64,000 nucleotides of DNA from an uncultured Candidatus Saccharibacteria bacterium (GTDB taxonomy: Bacteria; Patescibacteriota; Minisyncoccia; Phycocordibacterales; UBA2100). Made by a program: the position numbers and the translations under genes. Position 1 is the first letter of the stretch. Each line of letters opens with the position of its first letter. Of the stretch, positions 45,682 to 55,986 are shown piece after piece. The stretch is from positions 169,372 through 233,371 of the forward strand of contig CAZELA010000001.1 of NCBI GenBank assembly GCA_964512835.1, given 5' to 3'. The notes beneath the pieces were generated by a model. It had not been told where the DNA came from and did not search any database. It saw only the letters and a list, made by a program, of their open reading frames with translations.

Positions 45682-46248
45682 TCATTGTTTCGGTCCGAAC
45701 CCGAATCCCTTTTCCTGTTGCTGCTTGAGCGGCAGCGTGGCGACGACATCATGGACAAGTCCGAATTCTTTCGCTTCATCGGTGCGCATGCTTTTTGATT
45801 TGCGAAGCATTGTCGCGACCACTTCAGTATCGTTGTTTGTTTCGCGCGCAATGATGTAAATCATATTGTGCAGTTCGCGTTTAAACACTGATATTGCTTC
45901 TTCGTGTGTATGCACCGGCGCGATGTGGTCTTCGATCGTGTAGCGACCTTCGTGAAAAAAGAAATGTGATTCCTCAATCGCGGTACGCGACGTTCCGCCG
46001 AGGAAGGCAAGTATCGCGGCAACATCCATTTCGCCGAATCCTATTGTTTCAACCTCGATCGGTAGCGCTTTTAAGTACGTATACAGGTTCACACCCGCTC
46101 CGACGTCGCCCCCGCCGCTCGCGAGCAAAAACTTCATCCGAGTGACCGGCTTTGAATAGAGCTCACCGTTGATCCAGCTGATTGATTCCTGCACGCCCTT
46201 TTTGTCGATGTTGCCGGTGAGCGTGTACCAGATCTCCATGGCCCTCAA
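45682..46248 (-). CDS. ClpP/crotonase-fold protease-like protein (S14-like); the nucleophile Ser may be substituted
   Basis: LASGGGDVGAGVNLYTYL...GFGEMDVAAILAFLGG...EAKEFGLVHDVV resembles ClpP. The GxSxG serine is not evident. Confidence 0.55.
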   Translation of the reverse strand: MRAMEIWYTLTGNIDKKGVQESISWINGELYSKPVTRMKFLLASGGGDVGAGVNLYTYLKALPIEVETIGFGEMDVAAILAFLGGTSRTAIEESHFFFHEGRYTIEDHIAPVHTHEEAISVFKRELHNMIYIIARETNNDTEVVATMLRKSKSMRTDEAKEFGLVHDVVATLPLKQQQEKGFGFGPKQ

Positions 46249-46379
46249 TATAGGTGTTCAAGATGAAGATTTGCTGTGGTTTTGGCCGAAATGTGGTGTG
46301 GATAATTGTCCCCACCCCATGGCATATGAGACATGACGCAATTATCCTACTATTTGGGGCATAGTCTGTAATACTAATA

Positions 46380-46892
46380 ATGTTGAACGATATGGAAACG
46401 AATAACATGACTCAGTGGGTAATTATTGCGGCTGCGGTCGTTGTGTTGATTGTCGGCGGCGCATGGCTCGCGCTTCGCGGACGAACTCCGGCACCGGCGT
46501 CCGACACGGCGGCGGCAACGACGACGGTTCCGGCAACGACAACCGTTGACGCGACGACGAACGTACCGAAAGGGACGGTAACCGCGACAAGCGACGGTGA
46601 ATCGGTGGCTGCAGCTGATCAGGCAGCGGGCAAATCGGTTATGCTTTCTTCGATCTCGCTCACTCGCGCAAGCTGGATTGCTGTGCGCGACGACAAGAGC
46701 ATCTTGGGTGCAGCGTGGTTCCCGTCGAGCGCAACTGCAGGATCGATTAAATTGCAGCGCGAAACAGTGGCCGGCACGTCGTACCGCCTTGTCATCTATG
46801 TTGATGACGGCGATAAGAAATTCGACTACAAAAAGGATCAGCTCATCACCGCTGACGGCGGTCCGGTGGGCGGTTCGTTTAAGGCGAATTAA
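46380..46892 (+). CDS. Membrane-anchored Thr-rich protein (170 aa)
   Basis: N-terminal transmembrane segment, a Thr/Ala linker, and a C-terminal domain. Terminator at 46900-46935. Confidence 0.5.
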   Translation: MLNDMETNNMTQWVIIAAAVVVLIVGGAWLALRGRTPAPASDTAAATTTVPATTTVDATTNVPKGTVTATSDGESVAAADQAAGKSVMLSSISLTRASWIAVRDDKSILGAAWFPSSATAGSIKLQRETVAGTSYRLVIYVDDGDKKFDYKKDQLITADGGPVGGSFKAN

Positions 46893-46936
46893 TCGAGGAT
46901 CACAATCAAAAAGCCCCGCGTTTGCGGGGCTTTTTG

Positions 46937-47566
46937 CTAAGCGGCGGATTTTGCTCCGTCCATTTCCTTCCAGAGGTACCACGATGCGACGGATGCGAAT
47001 GGGCGCCATGGTTTCGCGAGCTGCTCCATCTTTTTTGGCGTCGGGTCCGCGCGAAGTTTATATACGCGTTTGAATCCTTTTCTGATTGCCAGATCGCCGA
47101 CCGGCAGTACATCGAGTCTGTGCAAATTGAAGATCAGCATCATCTGTGCGGTCCATACACCGATTCCTTTGACGACGACGAGATGGTCGACAATCTCTTG
47201 GGTCGTCATGGTCGGGAATTTTTTCTGATCAATAGTGCCGTCGAGGCAGCGTGCTGCGAGGTCGCGGACATATACGATTTTTTGTACCGAAAGACCGCAC
47301 GTGCGGAGTTGATCTGCGGGGATGGCGAGCAATCGTTGCGGGGTCGGATGTTTGCGCGGGAAGAGATCAAGAACCCTGCCGTGTATCGACCGGGCAGCGG
47401 AGCCTGATATTTGCTGAAACACGATGGAGCGGAGCAGTGACTGGAAGACGTTTATGCCGCCGTGGTGGCGGGACAAATCCGGAGAGCCGTGCCGTTTCAA
47501 AAGCGGGGCGAATCTGGGGTCTTTCTTGAGCGCCTTCAGCGCGGCGGAGTAGTCAGGCTGTGCCAT
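46937..47566 (-). CDS. HhH-GPD DNA glycosylase (AlkA-like 3-methyladenine glycosylase II)
   Basis: VKGIGVWTAQMMLIFNL.RLDVLPVGDLAIRKG (helix-hairpin-helix with catalytic Asp). Confidence 0.75.
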   Translation of the reverse strand: MAQPDYSAALKALKKDPRFAPLLKRHGSPDLSRHHGGINVFQSLLRSIVFQQISGSAARSIHGRVLDLFPRKHPTPQRLLAIPADQLRTCGLSVQKIVYVRDLAARCLDGTIDQKKFPTMTTQEIVDHLVVVKGIGVWTAQMMLIFNLHRLDVLPVGDLAIRKGFKRVYKLRADPTPKKMEQLAKPWRPFASVASWYLWKEMDGAKSAA

Positions 47567-47793
47567 GGTCTGAGTATACAAAATGACGCGCTTCATCCGA
47601 ACTTTGGTCTTGTTCGTGACAATGCCTCCATGGATACAGAACGATCGTCAACATACTGGGCGACTGCGGTTATCGTGGTTATCGCTATCACTGTTGCCGT
47701 CTGGTGGTATACAGCCGTCGATACGGGCCCGCTTGTGCCGAATACCGGCGCAACCTCGAGTGCTGCGCTTGAATACGATGCGCAGTGATTACG

Positions 47794-49944
47794 CTAAAAG
47801 CCCAGTTTCGGGAGCGGTACGCTGAGTACCGAGAACAGGCTCGTGTAGTTGTCGGTCCAGGGTGCAGGCAAGGGGAGCGGTGCGCTCCACTGCGGTACGC
47901 CGATAAACGCATCCGCCTCGAATATTTTCGGGTGCTTTGAGAGCAGTACCCACTGCGACGCCGCGCCGAGATGGCCGTCGTCCCCCGGATTGAACACCAC
48001 CATAGCGGTGAGATTATGTGCCCGCGCGATCGACAAAATCATCGGGTACAGGATCAGAAATCGATTTGATACATGAATAGCGAGAATGCCGGAATCCGTG
48101 ATCTTCTCGGTGTATAAGCCCACCGCCTCTGTCGTAAGAAGGTGAGCGGGGATAGCATCGTCGGTGAATGCGTCAACGACGAACAGGTCATATCGCTCTT
48201 CGTTTTTTTCGGAGGCAAGCACAAGCCGTCCGTCGCCGATGCGCACGGAAGATCCCGGGCAGCGCGCGAGGTACGTGAAATATGATCTTGCGACTCGCTC
48301 AATATCCGGATCGATCTCGTAAAAGGTGAACGTATCATGCGGCTCACAGTAGATTGCGGCGGAGCCCGTACCGAGCCCGATGATACCGGTGCGGATTTTT
48401 TTATCGGTCGTAGATTCGCGTACGGCGCGTACCGAGCGTCCGAATCCGCTGTTCGCGGTGTAATACGATGTCGGCACATATGACCACTCTTTTGCGGTGG
48501 GCTGCAGACCGTGCATTGTCGTTCCGTTCATCAGAACCGTCGCTTCCTCAGTAAAATTGATCTGGAATGCGCCGTAGAAATTTCGTTCTGAACGGACACC
48601 CGTCTGCGTCGCATTCAGGAGTGTTACGGAAAAGAGTGCGGCGAACGCGAACGGTGCGATGAATCGGATCATTCGTATGACTCGTTCCGACACAATTCGC
48701 GGATACAACTCAGACGGAAGCAAAAGGATCGCTAGCGAAGCGCTCACAGCAAGACCGAACGGGAATTCGTAAAAATCATTGAATAGTGCCGGCGGCAGTA
48801 CGGTTGCCGCCATTGTTCCGAGCATTCCGCCGAATGACGTGCACACATAAAAGAACGGCAGAGTCGACGTTTCCGGGCGTCGTCGATAGAGCTGTGCATG
48901 ACACAGGAGGCACACGAAGAACAACAGGATCAGATATGCGGTCACTTCGCTGACGATCTGCAGCGGATGGGCGGGCGTGTATACGTATGCGCTCGCTGCG
49001 GCTATGAATACGTAGACCGGCATGAAGCGCGTCGATCCGTACCCGCTGAACGCGAGAATGAACGTAATCAGATAGATAGCGAGCGGTACTACCCATAAAA
49101 GAGGCACCGGCGAAATGAGTTGCGTAAGTACGGTTGTTGTCGATACCAGCATGAATGCCGGAAGTGACGCATATGCAATCCAGGCGGCTTTTTGGCCATA
49201 CGTACCGGCCGTGGAGGCGGTTGTTCGGACGTTCGGATGTGTGTTTCGAACGGACGATGTCACGGTGACAATGAGTACGGCATAGAGACAGAACAGCACC
49301 GCCCACGTGATCTCGGTACTCGGTAGCGAGATATTCGGCTCGATGAGAAACGGATAGGAAAGGAGAGCGAGGAGCGACCCTGCGTTTGAAAGTGCGTACA
49401 GTTTGTACGGCTCCCGTTCTGAAGTAATCCCATACCAGTACTGCAACAAAGGCCCGGTTGTCGAAAGTAGAAAGTATGGAATACCGATACCGACCGAAAG
49501 TGCCGTGAGTACGCGCAGTACGGGAGAGAGTGAGCTGACGATCAGCCAATCGAGCGGCGGATAAATGGATCCCCACGATGTGATCGCTACCAGAGAAATG
49601 ACGGCAGCTACAGCGACGACGATGCCGTGGATGGCAACCTGTAGCGAAGAACGAAGGGACGTTATGACGTACACGTATGCATAACCCAAAAACAGGATGG
49701 TCGTAAAGAATACGAGCGATGTCGCCCACACGGACGAAGAGCCGCCGAAATACGGGAGTAAATGCTTGCTCGCGATCGGCTGGATCACGAATAGGAGAAA
49801 TGCCGATAAGAAGACGGAGACGGCAAACGTCGTATATCCCGGTCGCGTAAGAATACGCCGCATGGCGAGCAGTGTACCGTATAAATTCTCTGATTGCGGG
49901 GAGAGCGCACAGGGGTAGAATGATTCGTATGATGACACGCACAA
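47794..49944 (-). CDS. Polytopic membrane protein with a C-terminal spermidine-synthase-like domain
   Basis: More than 10 transmembrane segments. GLGTGSAA..YEIDP..DLFVVDAFTDDAIPAHL Rossmann/SpeE-like region. Confidence 0.7.
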   Translation of the reverse strand: MCVSSYESFYPCALSPQSENLYGTLLAMRRILTRPGYTTFAVSVFLSAFLLFVIQPIASKHLLPYFGGSSSVWATSLVFFTTILFLGYAYVYVITSLRSSLQVAIHGIVVAVAAVISLVAITSWGSIYPPLDWLIVSSLSPVLRVLTALSVGIGIPYFLLSTTGPLLQYWYGITSEREPYKLYALSNAGSLLALLSYPFLIEPNISLPSTEITWAVLFCLYAVLIVTVTSSVRNTHPNVRTTASTAGTYGQKAAWIAYASLPAFMLVSTTTVLTQLISPVPLLWVVPLAIYLITFILAFSGYGSTRFMPVYVFIAAASAYVYTPAHPLQIVSEVTAYLILLFFVCLLCHAQLYRRRPETSTLPFFYVCTSFGGMLGTMAATVLPPALFNDFYEFPFGLAVSASLAILLLPSELYPRIVSERVIRMIRFIAPFAFAALFSVTLLNATQTGVRSERNFYGAFQINFTEEATVLMNGTTMHGLQPTAKEWSYVPTSYYTANSGFGRSVRAVRESTTDKKIRTGIIGLGTGSAAIYCEPHDTFTFYEIDPDIERVARSYFTYLARCPGSSVRIGDGRLVLASEKNEERYDLFVVDAFTDDAIPAHLLTTEAVGLYTEKITDSGILAIHVSNRFLILYPMILSIARAHNLTAMVVFNPGDDGHLGAASQWVLLSKHPKIFEADAFIGVPQWSAPLPLPAPWTDNYTSLFSVLSVPLPKLGF

Positions 49945-51074
49945 CGACGATTCTCGCTATCATTCTCGCGGCCTGTATGGTGGTGCCTGTAGTATCGGCC
50001 GCCGCTGAATTCCGCACCGGTCAGGCGGCCACGTATCTAAAAAATGAAGCGCTGAATGACGATATCTACCTGTTAGGAGGAGGGATAACGAGCAACGGAT
50101 CAGTGCGCGGTGACTTGTTCACATTCGGAGGCAATGTGTTGATCAATGGAAAAGTGCTTGGCGACGTTACCGCCGGAGGCGGCACGGTATCAATCCTCTC
50201 CGATGTGCATGATGATGTCCGGGCTTCCGGAGGAACCGTTGTTGTACAGGGCGCTGTTGTGGGGGATGTCCTTCTTGCCGGCGGGCAGGTAACGCTTGGC
50301 GGCGCGAGGATCGGCGGTGATGTTGCCGTCGCAGGCGGGGTTGTGCGTATCGATGTGCCGGACATAGAAGGCGATGTTCGCCTCGTCGGCGGCGATGTGC
50401 GTATCGACTCGGTAGTGAACGGAAATCTTGCAGTTCAAGCAGAAAATATAGTGCTTGGTCCCAATGCGCACATTAACGGCACATTTACCTACAAGTCTCC
50501 GAAACAGGCAGTACTGGAGAGCGGAGCGGTGGTCGTCGGCGAAACTGCATACACGAAGAGCCCCGATGTCCGCGAAGCTGCAAAGCTCGGCCTCGTTGCG
50601 TTCTTCTCTATTTGGTTCGTTGCAAAGATGTTTATGGTGTTCTCGGGCGCGCTCGTTATCGCATATGTGTTCCAGCGCTTTGCCGATGAGCTCGTGCTCC
50701 GCGCGGTCTCGCGACCGCTTGCAGAATTCGGCCGCGGCGTCATTTTCGTTATCGTGACACCGATTGTGTCCGTCCTCTTGTTGTTCACGGTGATCGGTAT
50801 AGCGTTCGGGGCGCTCGGGCTGCTTGGATTTGCGGCGCTCATGATACTCGCGACGATGATTGCACCTATCCTGATCGGCAGTACGGTCTACAAATACGTG
50901 TTTCGACAACACGAGTACGAGGTAACCTGGAAAACGGCCCTACTGGGTACGGTCCTGTACTTTGTCATCGGGATCATTCCGTTCTTGGGGCCGATCATTG
51001 TGTTCGGCATCACGCTCATTGCCGCAGGTGTTGCGATCAATATAAAAGCAAAGGTCATCTCGGAGTGGCGCTGA
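49920..51074 (+). CDS. Bactofilin-like repeat (polymer-forming) domain protein with a C-terminal multi-transmembrane region
   Basis: Repeated G-x-V-x-G-D-V segments (GDLFTFGGNVLINGKVLGDV...). Four C-terminal transmembrane helices. Confidence 0.5.
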   Translation: MIRMMTRTTTILAIILAACMVVPVVSAAAEFRTGQAATYLKNEALNDDIYLLGGGITSNGSVRGDLFTFGGNVLINGKVLGDVTAGGGTVSILSDVHDDVRASGGTVVVQGAVVGDVLLAGGQVTLGGARIGGDVAVAGGVVRIDVPDIEGDVRLVGGDVRIDSVVNGNLAVQAENIVLGPNAHINGTFTYKSPKQAVLESGAVVVGETAYTKSPDVREAAKLGLVAFFSIWFVAKMFMVFSGALVIAYVFQRFADELVLRAVSRPLAEFGRGVIFVIVTPIVSVLLLFTVIGIAFGALGLLGFAALMILATMIAPILIGSTVYKYVFRQHEYEVTWKTALLGTVLYFVIGIIPFLGPIIVFGITLIAAGVAINIKAKVISEWR

Positions 51075-51139
51075 CGTAAAAAGTAAAATGCCGCGGTCGA
51101 GCCGCGGCATTTTTTGTTTGAGCATTCGATCTGCGTGGT

Positions 51140-52156
51140 CTACTGGACCATCGCGATGAAGTGACGGGCCATTGCCGCGTTCGACGTCGCAAAGAACCAT
51201 GCGGTGCCGAACACTGCGCTTGCCATCAGGAGCGAGATGCCGACCGTGATCGGCGACTGCTCCCACTCGAAATCGAGCGGCTTCGACGCGAGGTAGAACG
51301 CGAACAGCGTCAGTGCCATCGCAGGCAGCGGCACGATATCGTAGATCAGGCCGAGCATCCCGAAGGCTCCGTACACGACCCACGCCACCAGCTGCATCAC
51401 CCAGAACCGACCGTCGTCATCGTCGTAGAACGAGCTCGACAGGATCAGGATGCCGATGAAGGCGACGAACGAACCGAGCCAGAGCGCACCCGGCATGAAC
51501 ACGCGCACGAACATCGGCGCGTCCTTCCAGAAGAGATGCGCGAGGACGTATGCCGAAAGCAACATCAGCGCAGCCATGGTGCCGCCCGGAATCTGTGCTT
51601 TGCGCTCGTATCCGAACGCGTAGCTGAGCGGACCGATGCCGATGCTAAATCCGAGGATGCCGATGAATGCGAGGACCGCAAGGAAGCCGATCGCGCTCTG
51701 GCCATAGAAGATCGCGACCGCGCCCCACACGACCATGAACAATGTGTAGAGCGTTCGCGGGTCATCACCCTTGATCTTGTGCAGCCAGAGCGTGTAGAAG
51801 ACGCTGGCCGCGAACGTGATACAGCCGGTCATGACGGGCCACAGCAGAAACTCTCCCGGCACGCTGTAGATGTGGCCCGACGCGATCAAGAGTGCGCTCG
51901 CGATGTACGCAAACGTCTCGATCGCGTACCGCATGGCGTGCGCGATCTGTTTGATGACGCCGTAGAACACGAAGATGATGCCGGCGGCACCGAGTCCGAT
52001 TCCGAGGATCTGAAGAAAACCGACCCACGAGAGATACCCTGCCCAACGTTGCAGTGTAGTCATGTCGGGACATGCTGCTTGAGCAAGCGCCGGGTCCGGA
52101 ATCGCGAGTAGCGCGAGTGCGATCAGAAACATCGCAGGCATATGAATGACCTCCAA
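51140..52156 (-). CDS. Polytopic membrane protein (338 aa)
   Basis: About 10 hydrophobic segments. Confidence 0.55.
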   Translation of the reverse strand: MEVIHMPAMFLIALALLAIPDPALAQAACPDMTTLQRWAGYLSWVGFLQILGIGLGAAGIIFVFYGVIKQIAHAMRYAIETFAYIASALLIASGHIYSVPGEFLLWPVMTGCITFAASVFYTLWLHKIKGDDPRTLYTLFMVVWGAVAIFYGQSAIGFLAVLAFIGILGFSIGIGPLSYAFGYERKAQIPGGTMAALMLLSAYVLAHLFWKDAPMFVRVFMPGALWLGSFVAFIGILILSSSFYDDDDGRFWVMQLVAWVVYGAFGMLGLIYDIVPLPAMALTLFAFYLASKPLDFEWEQSPITVGISLLMASAVFGTAWFFATSNAAMARHFIAMVQ

Positions 52157-52249
52157 AGAGCAAACACCCTGACATAGGGTGCGTGGCGAGATTTGACCAC
52201 AAATAAAGTACTAGTACAAGTGGGGTACTGATTCGGCTATACTGCTCCC

Positions 52250-52567
52250 ATGCTGAAACGACATGGGCTCGCGATCATGCTCGGACTCTTTCTTTCGCTC
52301 GCTCTTATCGGCGGGAGCCTAACGCACGCGCTCGTGCAGCACGAACACTCGGACCATCACAATGCGGGAGAAAGCGTGATCTGGCAGAGCCTGCACAATG
52401 CACTGAGGCACGAAGATAAGGCGATACTCCCCGCGTTGTGTACGTTCACGATCCTCGCCGCGCTCATATGTATCTCGCGCGGGCGCGTGCGACCAATGAT
52501 CGCGATTGTTGATTCGCGTATCGATTATCTGAGGCGTGGCATTGCCCCGTACCGAGTGTTCGGTTGA
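52250..52567 (+). CDS. Small His-rich membrane protein (105 aa)
   Basis: HALVQHEHSDHH cluster. No ribosome-binding site. Lies upstream of the copper locus. Confidence 0.3.
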   Translation: MLKRHGLAIMLGLFLSLALIGGSLTHALVQHEHSDHHNAGESVIWQSLHNALRHEDKAILPALCTFTILAALICISRGRVRPMIAIVDSRIDYLRRGIAPYRVFG

Positions 52568-52603
52568 GCGGGAATATTTTCCTATTCACCTAACACTAAC
52601 TCA

Positions 52604-53230
52604 ATGAAAAAAATTGCGGTCGTTCCGCTCGTGCTCATATTTGCGATGCCATTCGTTGCAAGTGCTCACGAAGAACAGGAATTTAAAATTAACGGCAGAC
52701 CGTACGAATTCGTCGTCGGTTCACTCGGTGAGCCGCTCATCGTTGACGATAAGTCGGGCGTTGATCTGCGTGTCACATCCGCCGGCAAGCCCGTCGAAGG
52801 CCTTCAGGAGACATTGAAAGTAGAGCTCATTGCGGGCGATAAGAAGAAGGAGCTTCCGTTCACGACGGTGTGGGGAACGCCGGGCTCATATAAAGCGGTG
52901 TTCTTTCCGACAGTTGCTACACAGCTTTCGTATCGTGTATTCGGCACAATCAACAACACGGCGTTCAACGTAACGTTCACGTGCTCGTCGGGCGGTCACG
53001 AGCTCGCCACCGAGGACACGTCTTCTGTAGACATTTCCGAGGGTGTCGTACGCACGCTCAAATCCGGTGCATTCGGATGTCCGCAACCGAAAGCTGATAT
53101 GGGCTTTCCTGAGGCCTCACACGACCTCGGATCGCTCGTACCGCAGCCGGCACACAATGGACTCGCAACCGCCGCCATTGCGCTTTCTGTGATAGCGCTC
53201 GGTGCGACCTTTGCGCGACGACGTCAGTAG
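52604..53230 (+). CDS. YcnI-like (DUF1775) copper-binding protein with a C-terminal transmembrane anchor
   Basis: Signal peptide. The mature N-terminus is His (ASA|HEEQ). Beta-rich, with a C-terminal anchor. Confidence 0.55.
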   Translation: MKKIAVVPLVLIFAMPFVASAHEEQEFKINGRPYEFVVGSLGEPLIVDDKSGVDLRVTSAGKPVEGLQETLKVELIAGDKKKELPFTTVWGTPGSYKAVFFPTVATQLSYRVFGTINNTAFNVTFTCSSGGHELATEDTSSVDISEGVVRTLKSGAFGCPQPKADMGFPEASHDLGSLVPQPAHNGLATAAIALSVIALGATFARRRQ

Positions 53231-53247
53231 TCGATTCGGACCGGCGG

Positions 53248-55986
53248 GTGTCTAACCCGCCGGTCCCTGCTCATATGCGACGACTGATCATCACACTATC
53301 TATACTCTGTGCGCTCGCTCCCGCGAGTGCTCTGGCGCATGCGACACCGGTCGAGATGGCGCCGCCCTCCGGTGCCCAGCTTACGACCGCGCCGCAGGAT
53401 GTCACGATTATGTTCAGTGAACATCTCGAACCGGGGTCCAGTCTTATCACGGTGGCCGATCAGGCGGGCAACAAGGTCAGCACAACTGGGGCGACTGTCG
53501 CCGCTGACGGGCGAACGTTGTCGGTGCCGGCGCGGACGACCGACGGTCTGTACACGGTGTCGTGGAGCGTTGTTTCTAAGGACGACGGTCATTTTACCCG
53601 CGGCTCGTATGCGTTTGCGGTGGGTTCCACGACGGTTTCAGTGGCCGCCAGCGAGGAAATGGTGAAGATCGCAACGACAAAAGAGGCGGGGCTGATGTTC
53701 GTCGAATTTCTCGGGAATAGTTTGCTGTGGGGGGTGATTGCGCTCGTCGTGCTCTCCCGCGGTGATGTACGACTTCGTAAACCGTTCACCGTGCTCGCCG
53801 CAATAGCCGCTTTGTGTGCGGCAGGGGGAGCGGCGGGACAACTGATTTTGAAGACATATGAACTTGCGGGCTTACACGGGATCGGATTCGGTGATGCGTT
53901 TCATTTGTATCGACATACCGCAGCGGGCCTCTCTACATTGATCCGTGGTGTTGCGCTTACGCTCGGCGGCATGATCGCGGCATTTGCCGGATTCCGGAAC
54001 GTGCGAACAACGACGATCATCCTTGTACCGGCGCTTCTGTTATTCGCGTACTTCCGCGCGATTATCAGCCACGCGACGGCGAACCCGTTTTATCCGATGC
54101 TGTCGATCGCGGTTAATGTTGTGCACGTGATTGAGAAGGATCTGTGGCTCGGCGTGTTGCTCGTGTTGTGTACGCTGTTCGTTACCCGACCCTCAGCTGC
54201 TCGTGAACATACACACGCGGCGGTGAATCTATTGAGTGCCAATCTTGCGGTACTTTCGGTGAGCGCCGGATACATTGTGTGGTTGCATTTGCATCGGTTT
54301 GAAAATATGTGGTCGAGCGCGTGGGGCACCGCCGCAGTTCCGCTCTTTGTCGCAGCGCTTGCACAGATCACGATTCATACGACGCTCGTCGTGTATATAC
54401 GGTACAAACCACGTTCCGTATCGAGCATATTTCCGGTATTGCTTGGCGCCGAAACGGCGGCTGCGGCACTCGTGGTGTTCTTTACGTCAATTGTGATTAT
54501 CACGTCGCCGCCGTCCACCTCGCCGACGCCGCATGTATTGCAGGCCGATTCGAACGGAGTGCATCTCGAACTTTCACGGTATCGGTACGAGGACGACAAG
54601 GCGCTGTTACGCATCACGGGTTCTGAGAGTGTTCCGACCGTCATTATCGGCGATCGTGACGGCGGACTGTTGGTTAAAACCGAGCAGCGGTTCGAGGGCG
54701 GATTCGTGTTCCCGAGCGGTCTTATATCGAAACCGGACAATGTTTCGGTAATCGTTCCGCAGCAAGATGCATACAGTGCGGATGTGACATTTGCGGTCAA
54801 ACCGCAGGATTTTGCGATCACGGACGGGCATGGGAGGCGATTCGATGTGTTCACGGTAAGCATGATCGCGATTGCGATCGCGGGCGTGGTGTTGTCTGTC
54901 GCACTTGCTTTCGCGGGCAGAATGTCTGTACCCGCCGGCATTCCTGACCGGCGTATGACGAGCACGGTAATCACGGGAGCAGCTGCTGCATGCGTGGGGG
55001 TTGCTGCGATCTGTGCCCTCGCATCTCACCTGATAGCAAATCGGTTCCAGGCGGCGTGCGTCGCCGACGGCAATATGTGGCACATGATGCAGCCCACAAA
55101 GGCCGGCACGCCGGTAGCCGCCGGTTCAGAAGAAGGGTGCATGTGGGGGATGGGACGGTATGCGTATCAATTCGTCGACCGACGCGAGTATGAGTACCTC
55201 AGCACACTCGGCCCTGCAATCGTGACGCTGGAGACGATGCCTGCGAAACTTCGTGCAGGAGCGACCACGGATATGACGGTCGCGCTCAAAAATGCCGACG
55301 GGTCTCCGGCGACTCTATTGGTTGATATGGAGAAATACATGCACGTCGTTATTGTGAGTGAAGATGAGTCGGTCTTCGCGCACATTCACCCCGACGACGA
55401 GCGTCCGCTTTCTCCTACGGCGATCGACACCTCCACCTTTACGGTCCGCTATGCGTTCCCGAAAGCGGGGAAATATCTGGTGTCGGTCGATTATGCGCAC
55501 GGCACACAGCTTGAATCAAAACAATTTGTCGTGAATGTTGATGGAGCGGTCAAACAGAGAGCGTCGGTCGTTACCTATCCGTCTCCCGGTCTCTTTGGGG
55601 GGTACACCGTCTCCATGGATGCGTCTGCTGTGTATAGCGGTGAAGTTTCGACACTTAAGTTCGTCGTAGAGAAAGACGGCAAGCCGGTCTCCGATATGCG
55701 GCCGTATCTGTCTGCCGTATCGCATATATCGGTGGTTAAGAACGATTTTACGGCGTTCATTCATACGCACGGTGAGATACATCCGCCCGGGCAACCGTAT
55801 CCGCCGATTGTGGTGCGGGACGGAAAGATTATTCACTCAATGACCTCGATGACTGCACCGGAATCATTCGGACCGGCATTTGAAGCGCATGTACTGTTCC
55901 CGAGCCCGGGGCGATACACCGTATGGGCGCAGTTCAGTGCGGGCGGGCGAGTGATCCCTGCCGCATTTACGATCGACGTCGAGTGA
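53248..55986 (+). CDS. CopC-CopD fusion copper-resistance/uptake protein (YcnJ-like) with an additional C-terminal extracytoplasmic domain
   Basis: CopC domain HATPVEMAPP..YTVSWSVVSKDDGHFTRGSYAF. CopD-like 8-transmembrane core. C-terminal YtkA-like domains. Confidence 0.8.
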   Translation: MSNPPVPAHMRRLIITLSILCALAPASALAHATPVEMAPPSGAQLTTAPQDVTIMFSEHLEPGSSLITVADQAGNKVSTTGATVAADGRTLSVPARTTDGLYTVSWSVVSKDDGHFTRGSYAFAVGSTTVSVAASEEMVKIATTKEAGLMFVEFLGNSLLWGVIALVVLSRGDVRLRKPFTVLAAIAALCAAGGAAGQLILKTYELAGLHGIGFGDAFHLYRHTAAGLSTLIRGVALTLGGMIAAFAGFRNVRTTTIILVPALLLFAYFRAIISHATANPFYPMLSIAVNVVHVIEKDLWLGVLLVLCTLFVTRPSAAREHTHAAVNLLSANLAVLSVSAGYIVWLHLHRFENMWSSAWGTAAVPLFVAALAQITIHTTLVVYIRYKPRSVSSIFPVLLGAETAAAALVVFFTSIVIITSPPSTSPTPHVLQADSNGVHLELSRYRYEDDKALLRITGSESVPTVIIGDRDGGLLVKTEQRFEGGFVFPSGLISKPDNVSVIVPQQDAYSADVTFAVKPQDFAITDGHGRRFDVFTVSMIAIAIAGVVLSVALAFAGRMSVPAGIPDRRMTSTVITGAAAACVGVAAICALASHLIANRFQAACVADGNMWHMMQPTKAGTPVAAGSEEGCMWGMGRYAYQFVDRREYEYLSTLGPAIVTLETMPAKLRAGATTDMTVALKNADGSPATLLVDMEKYMHVVIVSEDESVFAHIHPDDERPLSPTAIDTSTFTVRYAFPKAGKYLVSVDYAHGTQLESKQFVVNVDGAVKQRASVVTYPSPGLFGGYTVSMDASAVYSGEVSTLKFVVEKDGKPVSDMRPYLSAVSHISVVKNDFTAFIHTHGEIHPPGQPYPPIVVRDGKIIHSMTSMTAPESFGPAFEAHVLFPSPGRYTVWAQFSAGGRVIPAAFTIDVE

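Noticed and set aside
47462-47788. Plus-strand 108-aa ORF (and a 52-aa Met-internal version) overlapping the alkA 5' end
   Set aside because: No ribosome-binding site. The N-terminal half overlaps alkA coding sequence on the opposite strand. Only the last 50 residues are plausible as a micro-membrane protein. Not called.
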